Of a stretch of DNA of 64,000 bases, positions 56,136-64,000 are shown in pieces. The stretch comes from Candidatus Spongiisociaceae bacterium (GTDB taxonomy: Bacteria; Actinomycetota; Acidimicrobiia; Spongiisociales; Spongiisociaceae), in NCBI GenBank assembly GCA_965202665.1, contig OZ241841.1:288001-352000 (forward strand), written 5' to 3'. A model generated the notes under the pieces. It had not been told where the DNA came from. It did no database searches and saw only the letters and a list, made by a program, of their open reading frames with translations. Both the position numbers and the translations under genes were made by a program. The stretch's first letter is position 1. Each line of letters begins with the position of its first letter.

Positions 56136-58265
56136 CTACAACGGGCCATCTCCCCTCGGTTGCCAAGCCCATCTAGAAACATGATCAGCCAGCTTACGAA
56201 CACCAGAACCGTCCAACTCCACCACCCACAACCCCCCGTCACTCGCAGTAAAGGAGATCCGTCCATCATCCGGCGACTCTTCCCACCGTGTAACATCGTC
56301 TGCTAATAGACGATTGCCCGAACCATCCAAACCCATCACCCACAACTCCCTAGTCGCGTTGTTAGAAGAATCTCGCACAGCCACCTCATATATTATTTGG
56401 TCTCCAGTCCCCTTTCCGTAACTATAAATAGTGACATCGCTAGTCAACTGACGATTGCCCGAACCGTTCAACCCCGCCACCCATAACTCCGAGCCTACCA
56501 CAGTCCGACTAGAATTCCTCACTTTTATCTCATAGATAATGCTCTCCCTACTCAATATCCAATTCCAACCTCCCACAATATCATCGGCCAGTTGACGAGC
56601 GTTCGAACCATCCGCCTCCGCCACCCACAACCCCGTACCCAACCATTTACCAAACTCCCACACTTTCGACTCAAAAGCTATCCGATCTCCACTGGACGAC
56701 CACGCCCACCTATAAGCAAAATCTTTAGTTAACTGATGCTCCATCAAACCATCCAATTTCATCACCCACAACTCATCTGCCATTTTATTACCAGAATTAT
56801 CTCGCATCCTCACCATATAAACAATCCGCTCCCCATCAGGTGACCACTCCCAATCACCAACGTCATCGGTTAAACGATTAATACCCGAACCATCCACCGC
56901 TACCACCCATAACTCCTCATAGGTATGCCGACCATAAGTCTTATAGGCGATCCGTTCCCCATCTGGTGACCACTCCAAATCCTGATTCCAACGAAACTCG
57001 TTACTCAACCGACGAGCACCCGAACCATCCACCGTCGCCACCCACAACTCATACTCCTCAGATCCCAAATTCCCTTGCTTATTTACTAGATACGCAATCC
57101 TTTCCCCATCCGGCGACCACCACCAACGATAAAAATCATCTGTCAACTGACGAGGGCTTGAACCATCTGCACCCGCTACCCACAAATTCTGGCCAGCCTC
57201 ATTACCGCGAAAATCGCGTAACGCAATATTATAGGCGATTCTATTCCCATCTGGCGACCACTCCCAGCTCCAACCAACATCGTAGCGGCGGAGCGGTCTT
57301 TCAATATAACGGAGGGCATCCGGCGACCACTCCCCAGTCCAACCAACATCAGTCCAACCAACATCGTTCGTTAACCGACGAGCACCCGAGCCATCCGCAC
57401 CCGCTACCCACAACTCATAAGCCACCTCTTCGCCAAGTGAATCGTACACCGAAACCCGATACCCAATTCGCTCCCCACCCGGCGACCACCCATAAACACC
57501 AAAATCATAGGGTAGATCATCGGTCAACCGACGAGTGCCCGAACCATCAGACTCCTCCACCCACAATTCCCCACCCACTCGATACGCAATCCGTTCCCCA
57601 TCGGGCGACCAATAATCATCATCAGAGACCCAACCGGGTAACCGACGCGCACTCGAACCATCGGCCTCAACTACCCACTCCTCAGAGGATACTTGATCGC
57701 CAGCTGAATCGTATTTTGGGACTGTGTAGGCGATTTTGCGGGCGGGCGGGGTCAGGTCGTTTAGGGCTTGGGTGCCTTGGCGCATGAATGTTGCTAGGTC
57801 TGCCCGGGTGGAACCGGCGGGGAACGCCCGACTGGCTACCGTTGCGATCTGGTTGGGGGTTATGGTTCGGTCGGGGCGGAAGGCGCCGTCTGGGTAGCCT
57901 TGGAACCAGCCCTGTTCCACCGCGTAGGCTATATCCCCGCTTTGGGGGTGCGACTCTGCCACATCGTCGAAATCGGCGGAACCGTCGGGGTCGCCCGGGT
58001 TGCCTCCCCTTAGGAAAGTGGCTAGATCGGCCCGGGTGGAACCTGTGGGGAACGCCCGGTTGATTACCGTCGCTATCTGATTTTGGGGAACCTCCCGATT
58101 GGGGCTGAAAGTCCCCCCGGGGTAGCCCTGAAACCAGCCTTGTTCACAGGCGTAGACGATGTCAGCCTGTTGCGGACCGGACTGCGGCACATCGGAAAAC
58201 CGGCAACCAGTCCCATCCTGGGCACCAAGCGGGGAGACGGCCGCCGTCAAACACGCCGCCGCCAA
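56136..58265 (-). CDS. SLH-domain protein with TolB/PD40-like beta-propeller repeats, paralog 1
   Basis: GWFQGYP.G.F.P..TR motifs; many WSPDGERIAY / LWV...DGS..RRLT repeats. Confidence 0.85.
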   Translation of the reverse strand: MAAACLTAAVSPLGAQDGTGCRFSDVPQSGPQQADIVYACEQGWFQGYPGGTFSPNREVPQNQIATVINRAFPTGSTRADLATFLRGGNPGDPDGSADFDDVAESHPQSGDIAYAVEQGWFQGYPDGAFRPDRTITPNQIATVASRAFPAGSTRADLATFMRQGTQALNDLTPPARKIAYTVPKYDSAGDQVSSEEWVVEADGSSARRLPGWVSDDDYWSPDGERIAYRVGGELWVEESDGSGTRRLTDDLPYDFGVYGWSPGGERIGYRVSVYDSLGEEVAYELWVAGADGSGARRLTNDVGWTDVGWTGEWSPDALRYIERPLRRYDVGWSWEWSPDGNRIAYNIALRDFRGNEAGQNLWVAGADGSSPRQLTDDFYRWWWSPDGERIAYLVNKQGNLGSEEYELWVATVDGSGARRLSNEFRWNQDLEWSPDGERIAYKTYGRHTYEELWVVAVDGSGINRLTDDVGDWEWSPDGERIVYMVRMRDNSGNKMADELWVMKLDGLMEHQLTKDFAYRWAWSSSGDRIAFESKVWEFGKWLGTGLWVAEADGSNARQLADDIVGGWNWILSRESIIYEIKVRNSSRTVVGSELWVAGLNGSGNRQLTSDVTIYSYGKGTGDQIIYEVAVRDSSNNATRELWVMGLDGSGNRLLADDVTRWEESPDDGRISFTASDGGLWVVELDGSGVRKLADHVSRWAWQPRGDGPL
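57248..57350. repeat. 34-bp direct repeat (30/34 identical) around a 35-bp unique insert
   Basis: 57248-57281 versus 57317-57350, period 69. Confidence 0.8.
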
Positions 58266-58319
58266 CCACAGCCACCACCATCGAAACCGGCCCTGATTAA
58301 CGATGATATGCGTCTTCCA

Positions 58320-58456
58320 CTACGAACTGGACGGTTCGGAGAAGCCCACGCCTAGCAGGTACCGTTGGGCGTCGGGATCGTTGATTATCTCGTTGGTGGA
58401 CATTCGGCGACTATGTTACAGGAAACCACCACCAGATGCCGTTCCGCCACCGCCGA
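58320..58456 (-). pseudogene. Degenerate copy of the livF-like 3' end
   Basis: ccacgcctagcagg...caccagatgccgttccgccaccgccga matches about 62476-62587. Confidence 0.88.
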
Positions 58457-58571
58457 CCTGCGGGAGCGCGCCGGAGCCGACGCCCTGACAGTGTCCAGCC
58501 CCGCAACCGGCCATCCGCTAAACAACCAATATCTACGCCAGGCGCGACAAGTTCTCCCCCAAGTCTAATAG
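58455..58571 (+). pseudogene. Degenerate copy of a btpA 3' segment
   Basis: Matches about 55857-55977 (DLRERAGADALTVSSPATGHPLN). Confidence 0.9.
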
Positions 58572-58636
58572 AGGCCACCCGACCCCGCTAACCACCACCT
58601 GAACCCCACCCCGCCTATTTCAGCAATGAAACGGGC

Positions 58637-60796
58637 CTAACGCTCCATTGGTTGCCATAACCAAATATCAACATCTTCAACCAATTTACGAACACCCGAA
58701 CCATCAGCCCCTGCCACCCACAACTCTGAGCCTGCTTTACTACCAGAAGAATCTACTACATAGGCAATCCACTCCCCATCAGATGACCACCTCCAATCAT
58801 TAATGGCAACCGCATCAGCTATCTTATGGGGGGAGGTATCCCCTCCCGTTACCCATAACTCCACGCCCACCTTATTTCCAGAAGAATCTCGTTTATTTAC
58901 CCCATAAACTATTTTCTCGCTATTAGGCAACCATCCCCAAATATTATTAGCAATATCATCTATTAACCGATTAGGGTTCAATCCACCCGACTCCACTATC
59001 CACAACTCAGAGCCCACCACACTCCGTCGAGGATCCCTTTTTTTGACCTCATAGGCAATCCTCTCCCCACTCGGCGACCATCCCCAACTTTGAATATCAT
59101 TTGCTATCTGCCTAGTATTCGAACCATCAGCATCCGCCAACCACAACCCCGTACCCAACCATTTACCAAACTCATATACTCTCGACTCATAAGCGATACG
59201 ATCCCCACCGGACGACTTCCCCCAGTTATAAGCAAAATCATCAGTTAATCGACGAGTGCTAGACCCATCCACACCGGCAACCCACAGCTCTTTAGCCTCC
59301 ACGCTTCCAGGAGAATAAGGACACTCGTCTAAAGTTACCTCTAAAACAATACTCTGCCCATCGGACCACCACAAATCGCTAAACGGCGATCCCCCACACC
59401 TATTATCACTTGGGATTAACCGACGAGCACCCGAACCATCTAGTCCCACCACCCACAACTCCCAACCAAAGTCCATTGAAATACTTTCATAAGCAATCCA
59501 CCTACCCCCCGGTGACCACCAAAAATCTTCCCTGATGTTGTTTATCAGCTGACGAGCACCCGAACCATCCGCCTCCTCTACCCATAACTCCTCATCCACC
59601 CGATACGCAATCCGCTCCCCATCTGGTGACCACCCCATGAGAGACCCCCACCACCATCTAGAAGCAAGGTCCGTCATCTGACGAGAATTTGAACTATCCG
59701 CACCTGCTACCCACAACTTCTCCCCAATCTCATTACCGCGAAAATCGCGTAATACAACATTATAGGCGATGCGATTTCCATCCGGTGACCACCGCCAAGC
59801 AGAACCAACATCGTCCGTCAGTCTACGAGCACCCGAACCATCCGCTTCCTCCACCCATAACTCATAAGCCACCTCGTCGCCAAGTTTATCGTATACCGGA
59901 ACCCTAAACGCAATCCGCTCCCCATCCGGCGACCACTCCCAACCAGGGCGCCACCCCCAACCACGAACATCGTCGGTTAAACGCTTGGCATCTGAACCAT
60001 CCGCCTCCTCCACCCATAACTCTTCATCCACCCGATACGCAATCCGCTCCCCATCCGGTGACCACTGCCACCACCGCCACCAATAATAATCATGAGAGAC
60101 ATAACCGGTTAACCGACGGGTGCCCGAACCATCGGCTTCAGCTACCCATACCTCAGAGGCTACCTGATCGCCGGATGAATCGTATTGTGGGACTGTGTAG
60201 GCTATTTTGCGGGGGGAGGATGGGGTCAGGTCGTTTAGGGCTTGGGAGCCCCTTCGCATGAATGTCGCTAAGTCGGCACGGGTGGAACCGGCGGGGAACG
60301 CCCGACTGGCCACCACCGCTATCTGGGTTGGGGTTATGGTTCGGTCGGGTCGGAAGGTGCCGTCCGGGTAGCCCTGGAACCAGCCCTGCTCCACCGCGTA
60401 GGCTATATCCCCGTTTTGGGGGTGCGACTCTGCTACATCGTCGAAATCGGCGGAACCGTCGGGGTCGCCCGGGTTGCCTCCCCTCAGGAACGTGGCTAGA
60501 TCGGCCCTGGTGGAACCGGTGGGGAACGCCCGGCTGACAACCACCGCTATCTGATTTTGGGGAACCTCCCGATCGGGGCTGAAAGTGCCACCCGGGTAAC
60601 CCTGAAACCACCCTTGTTGGCAGGCGTAGACGATGTCAGCCTGTTGCGGACCGGACTGCGGCACATCGGAAAACCGACACCCCGTCCCGTCCTGGGCGCC
60701 GAGCGGGGAAACGGCCGCCGTCAAACACGCCGCCGCCAACCACAGCAACCACCATAGGAGCCGACTCTGCTTGCCGATGATGCGCATCATTCCCAT
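58637..60796 (-). CDS. SLH-domain protein with TolB/PD40-like beta-propeller repeats, paralog 2
   Basis: Signal peptide, SLH region nearly identical to paralog 1, WSPDG repeats. Confidence 0.88.
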   Translation of the reverse strand: MGMMRIIGKQSRLLWWLLWLAAACLTAAVSPLGAQDGTGCRFSDVPQSGPQQADIVYACQQGWFQGYPGGTFSPDREVPQNQIAVVVSRAFPTGSTRADLATFLRGGNPGDPDGSADFDDVAESHPQNGDIAYAVEQGWFQGYPDGTFRPDRTITPTQIAVVASRAFPAGSTRADLATFMRRGSQALNDLTPSSPRKIAYTVPQYDSSGDQVASEVWVAEADGSGTRRLTGYVSHDYYWWRWWQWSPDGERIAYRVDEELWVEEADGSDAKRLTDDVRGWGWRPGWEWSPDGERIAFRVPVYDKLGDEVAYELWVEEADGSGARRLTDDVGSAWRWSPDGNRIAYNVVLRDFRGNEIGEKLWVAGADSSNSRQMTDLASRWWWGSLMGWSPDGERIAYRVDEELWVEEADGSGARQLINNIREDFWWSPGGRWIAYESISMDFGWELWVVGLDGSGARRLIPSDNRCGGSPFSDLWWSDGQSIVLEVTLDECPYSPGSVEAKELWVAGVDGSSTRRLTDDFAYNWGKSSGGDRIAYESRVYEFGKWLGTGLWLADADGSNTRQIANDIQSWGWSPSGERIAYEVKKRDPRRSVVGSELWIVESGGLNPNRLIDDIANNIWGWLPNSEKIVYGVNKRDSSGNKVGVELWVTGGDTSPHKIADAVAINDWRWSSDGEWIAYVVDSSGSKAGSELWVAGADGSGVRKLVEDVDIWLWQPMER

Positions 60797-60821
60797 TTTC
60801 TATGAAGCGGACGATTCGGAA

Positions 60822-62306
60822 TCACTTTTGGATCACTCCGTCCACGACCGGAGTGGAGTTGCCGATCCAGGACAGGCTGCGGGGCTCGCAGGTGGGAATC
60901 TCACGGCTGGGCATGGTTCCCTGCGCGAAAGATCCTCCGAAGGTCTGATCCACCCCCGGAATGACCGCCACCGTCGTCAACCCCAAAGCCCCGTCCGGGC
61001 CGGCCACCAACTGCCGAACGTAGGAGTCGACGATGGCCTGACGGTTGGAATCCAAGGAGATAGGCCCGTAGGGGCCGTCCACTGTCAAACCGGACAAAGC
61101 CGCCTGCAGAGCCTGATGGTCATCGGAGATATCCCCGCCCACCTCCTCCAAAGCCTGAATAAGGGCTTTGGCGGCCACGAAGTAGTGAACCAAGAACCCA
61201 GAGTGGGCTTGCGCCCCCGGAGGAACCGGATCGCCGCCCGGACCCTGGAAATCATCGTAATGCCGGTCGATAATAGCCGTATGCTCGCCCACCGACGGAA
61301 TGTCCAAATCGGCGGCGGTGCCGAAACCGCCCACATGAGCCCCTTCCATACTGGAATCCATTCCCCCAGGCGTAAACTCCCAGAACAGGTTGCCCATATG
61401 CTGCTCCGGATTAAGGTCGCCTTTGGCGTCTTCGAAGGCTTTCAAGGCGGGCAGGGTGCCGGCTCCGCCCACCACCCAAAAGTAGCCGTCCACCTCGTCG
61501 GGATCGGGCAACCGGGCGGCGAAAGTGGAATAATCGGTGGTGTTCAAAGGCGGGAAAACCCGCGAAGTCACATCACCGCCCGCCGCGCAGAATCCAGCAA
61601 TGAAACCGGCGGCCGACGTCCAGCCGAAGCTGTAGTCGTCCATCATCACCGCCGCCGTGTCCCAGCCGAGGACGTTTTTGGCGTAATCGCCGGTGCCGGC
61701 GTTCCACTGCGCCCCATCCCCGTTAAAACTAAAAAAGTTGGGAGCCTGCACCTCCAAAGTGGTCTCCATGGCGCCAGCAGTGCCGTTCACGAAAGTCTGC
61801 GTGGGATGATCTTTGGCGTAGTTGGCCACCGCAATCGACTCGTCTTCGGATGACGGGCCGATCATAATGTCGGCGCCCAGCTGCTCCATCAGGCGGCGGG
61901 TTTCCTCAATGGCTTTGTCGGCCGTGTCATCGGCGCATCCGATTCCGACCAACTCCACCGGCACTCCCGCCACCGACGCCCCGGTGAACCCGTCCGTAGG
62001 CTTGTTCGGGTTAGTGATAGTCGCCCCCGCAAACTCGGCGAAAGCAGCCCCCACCCCGGCTACGTCCTGCTCATGGAACCCGCCGAAAACCCCTTCGCAG
62101 TCCGACAAGACGGCCAGGTTGATCACCTCGGTTCCCATCACGGAAGCTTCGGTGGTGGTCGTCGCCTCGGTGTCCCGCGGGGCCGCGGCGGTGGTGATGG
62201 TGGTGGTCTCCGCCGCGCCGTCCCGGCCGCAGGCGACGGCCGCTAAAGCCAACGCGGCCAGCAAGCCCAGGGCCTTCCCGGTCCGCGTCCTCAACAAGTT
62301 ATGCAC
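60822..62306 (-). CDS. ABC substrate-binding lipoprotein, branched-chain amino acid type
   Basis: Lipobox LAAVAC, T-rich linker, DDYSFGW, TTDYS; GGAGG RBS before GTG at 62306. Confidence 0.88.
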   Translation of the reverse strand: MHNLLRTRTGKALGLLAALALAAVACGRDGAAETTTITTAAAPRDTEATTTTEASVMGTEVINLAVLSDCEGVFGGFHEQDVAGVGAAFAEFAGATITNPNKPTDGFTGASVAGVPVELVGIGCADDTADKAIEETRRLMEQLGADIMIGPSSEDESIAVANYAKDHPTQTFVNGTAGAMETTLEVQAPNFFSFNGDGAQWNAGTGDYAKNVLGWDTAAVMMDDYSFGWTSAAGFIAGFCAAGGDVTSRVFPPLNTTDYSTFAARLPDPDEVDGYFWVVGGAGTLPALKAFEDAKGDLNPEQHMGNLFWEFTPGGMDSSMEGAHVGGFGTAADLDIPSVGEHTAIIDRHYDDFQGPGGDPVPPGAQAHSGFLVHYFVAAKALIQALEEVGGDISDDHQALQAALSGLTVDGPYGPISLDSNRQAIVDSYVRQLVAGPDGALGLTTVAVIPGVDQTFGGSFAQGTMPSREIPTCEPRSLSWIGNSTPVVDGVIQK

Positions 62307-62377
62307 TTTCCCTCCAAACACAGCCACCACCATACAAACCGGCTCTGCTTGCCGATGACGCGCGTCATTCCCGTTTT

Positions 62378-63187
62378 CTACGAAGCGGGAGTTTCGGAGG
62401 AGTCCACCTCTGGCCCTGGCGGTCCCTCCGCCGCCTCCTCGGCCGTTTCCAACGCTCTGGTCGGTTCGGAGGAGTCCACGCCTAGCAGGCGCCTTTGGGC
62501 GTCGGGGTCGTTTATCAGCTCGTGGGGGGACATTTCGGCGGCTATGTTGCCGGAAACCATCACCAGATGCCGTTCCGCCACCGCCGAGGCCACCGCCAGG
62601 TTCTGCTCCACCAGCAGCACCGCTTGGCCTTCCGACACCAAAGTGCGGCAGGTTTCAATCAGGTCTTCCACGATGGTGGGGGCCAAGCCTTCCGACGGTT
62701 CGTCCATTATCAGCAACGGGGCGTTCAACAGCAAAGCCCGGCCGATGGCCAGCATCTGCTGCTCCCCCCCGGACAACCGGGCCCCGCCCACCTCTTTGCG
62801 CTCCACCAACCGGGGAAACAATTCATACACCGCCTGCGGCGTCCAACGTTTGCCCCGCGTGTTGCGGGCCAGCATGGTCAGATGCTCGTCCACGCTCAAC
62901 GACGGGAACAGTCGCCGCCCCTGCGGGACGTATCCGATCCCCCGGGCGGCTATCTTGTAGGATTTTTGGCCGGTCAACTCCTCCCCCATAAACTTGATGC
63001 TCCCGGAACGGGCGGGCAACATTCCCATGATCGTTCCGCACAAAGTGGTTTTGCCCATCCCGTTGCGCCCGACGAGGGCCACCGCCTCCACCCCCATCTC
63101 AAACGACACCCCGTGCAGCACCTCGGCCGCCCCGTATCCGGACACCAGGTTGTCCACCGCCAGCAACGGCGCCCCGCCTTCAGACAT
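62378..63187 (-). CDS. ABC ATPase, LivF-like
   Basis: GRNGMGKTT, YVPQGRRLF, LSGGEQQMLAI, MDEPSEGLAP. Confidence 0.92.
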   Translation of the reverse strand: MSEGGAPLLAVDNLVSGYGAAEVLHGVSFEMGVEAVALVGRNGMGKTTLCGTIMGMLPARSGSIKFMGEELTGQKSYKIAARGIGYVPQGRRLFPSLSVDEHLTMLARNTRGKRWTPQAVYELFPRLVERKEVGGARLSGGEQQMLAIGRALLLNAPLLIMDEPSEGLAPTIVEDLIETCRTLVSEGQAVLLVEQNLAVASAVAERHLVMVSGNIAAEMSPHELINDPDAQRRLLGVDSSEPTRALETAEEAAEGPPGPEVDSSETPAS

Positions 63188-63947
63188 ATCCTTCCCTCCG
63201 CCCCAGGTAAATGTCGTGCACCATCTGGTTGGCCCGGATTTCGGCGGGGGTGCCTTCGGCCACCGTCAAGCCGTCCAGCATCACCACCACCCGCTCCGCC
63301 ACTTTCAGGGCCACGTCCATGTCATGTTCGATCAGCACCAAAGTGACGGCCCGGTCCAGCCCCAGCAACAGTTCGGTGAGACGCTCCCGCTCCCCCCGGG
63401 ACAGGCCGGAGGCCGGTTCGTCCAACAGCAACAGGGACGGCTCCACCGCCATCGCCATCCCCACCTCCAACTGGCGCTGCTCCCCATGCGACAGGTCGGC
63501 CACCGGGGCCTCCAGCCGATCCGACAGCCACACTTCGGCCGCCGCCCGCCGGGCCCGCTCCCGGTATTCGGCGTCGTCCCGGGAAGGGTAGAAACGTATC
63601 CGCCCCCCCCGTTTCCCGGCCAGGGCCACGAACAGGTTGTCGGCCACCGTCAACCCGGGAAACAGCCGGGTTTGCTGATAGGTGCGGGCCACCCCCAACG
63701 CGGGCCGCCACCGGGGCGGGGCGAAACTCACGTCCCGCCCGGCCACGGCCACCCGCCCTTCGGTGGGGGGCAGGTCGCCGGCGATCACGTTGAACAGGGT
63801 GGTTTTGCCCGCCCCGTTCGGCCCCAGAATGCCCAGGCGCTCGCCCTGCGCGACGTCCAAGTCGACGCCGCGCAGGGCTTGCACGCCTCCGACGGTTACC
63901 GCAATCCCGGCCAGTCGCAGGATCGGGGTTTCGCCGGTTTCGGCCAC
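63180..63947 (-). CDS. ABC ATPase, LivG-like
   Basis: GPNGAGKTT, LSHGEQRQLE, LDEP, EHDM, GTPAEIR. Confidence 0.92.
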   Translation of the reverse strand: MAETGETPILRLAGIAVTVGGVQALRGVDLDVAQGERLGILGPNGAGKTTLFNVIAGDLPPTEGRVAVAGRDVSFAPPRWRPALGVARTYQQTRLFPGLTVADNLFVALAGKRGGRIRFYPSRDDAEYRERARRAAAEVWLSDRLEAPVADLSHGEQRQLEVGMAMAVEPSLLLLDEPASGLSRGERERLTELLLGLDRAVTLVLIEHDMDVALKVAERVVVMLDGLTVAEGTPAEIRANQMVHDIYLGRREGYV

Positions 63948-63958
63948 GCGACCGTTGA

Positions 63959-64000
63959 TCAGTTTTGGATTACCCCGTCCACGACCGGAGTGGAGTTGCC
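63959..64000 (-). CDS. 3' end of a substrate-binding protein paralog (runs off the right edge)
   Basis: GNSTPVVDGVIQN* versus GNSTPVVDGVIQK* at 60822. Confidence 0.75.
   Translation of the reverse strand, partial: GNSTPVVDGVIQN

Noticed and set aside
57682-57700. Shared motif at skew switch points (agaggatac..gatc at 57685 and 53231; ctcagg.gtacttg at 14058; ttaggg.ggatagg at 15798 and 19698)
   Set aside because: Too short and inconsistent across sites; the ttaggg/ggatag matches follow from CTA/TCC/CCC codons. Needs formal motif discovery.
56136-60796. Diversity-generating retroelement explaining SLH variation
   Set aside because: No reverse transcriptase and no template/variable repeat pair differing only at adenines; the differences are not A-specific.

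Overview
High-GC bacterial chromosomal segment. Gene content and order (homodimeric glyQS, a mycothiol-dependent MDMPI-family enzyme, dnaG-rpoD-tRNA-Asn, uppS-recO-era-ybeY-phoH-dnaJ-hrcA-rpsT-holA-comEC-comEA-leuS, tRNA-Ala-rsfS-nadD-dapB) suggest an actinobacterium, probably Acidimicrobiia (inference). Short accessory patches interrupt the core: a TIR + membrane-protein pair, a PIN toxin with a large partner, an extra sigma-70, a DUF222/HNH gene, a frameshifted DUF1156 methyltransferase, small orphan ORFs and two SLH/beta-propeller paralogs. I saw no integrase, transposase, reverse transcriptase, cas gene or true CRISPR array. The most striking signal is compositional. Around each accessory patch the + strand is A/C-rich on the left and flips to G/T-rich on the right, regardless of gene orientation, and this recodes the ends of adjacent core genes (the last 53 sense codons of btpA contain no G-ending codon). 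Duplicated gene fragments in these zones differ from their originals mainly by G>A and T>C on the + strand. This suggests a local, strand-polarised mutagenic process (hypothesis). Other candidates: two in-frame repeat-spacer-repeat insertions of CRISPR-like size inside genes, a fourfold tandem PafBC-type promoter, a poly-G switch in a methyltransferase, and an AAA+ ATPase with reciprocally swapped Walker A/B residues. All counts and alignments were done by eye; family assignments come from motif recognition, not database searches.
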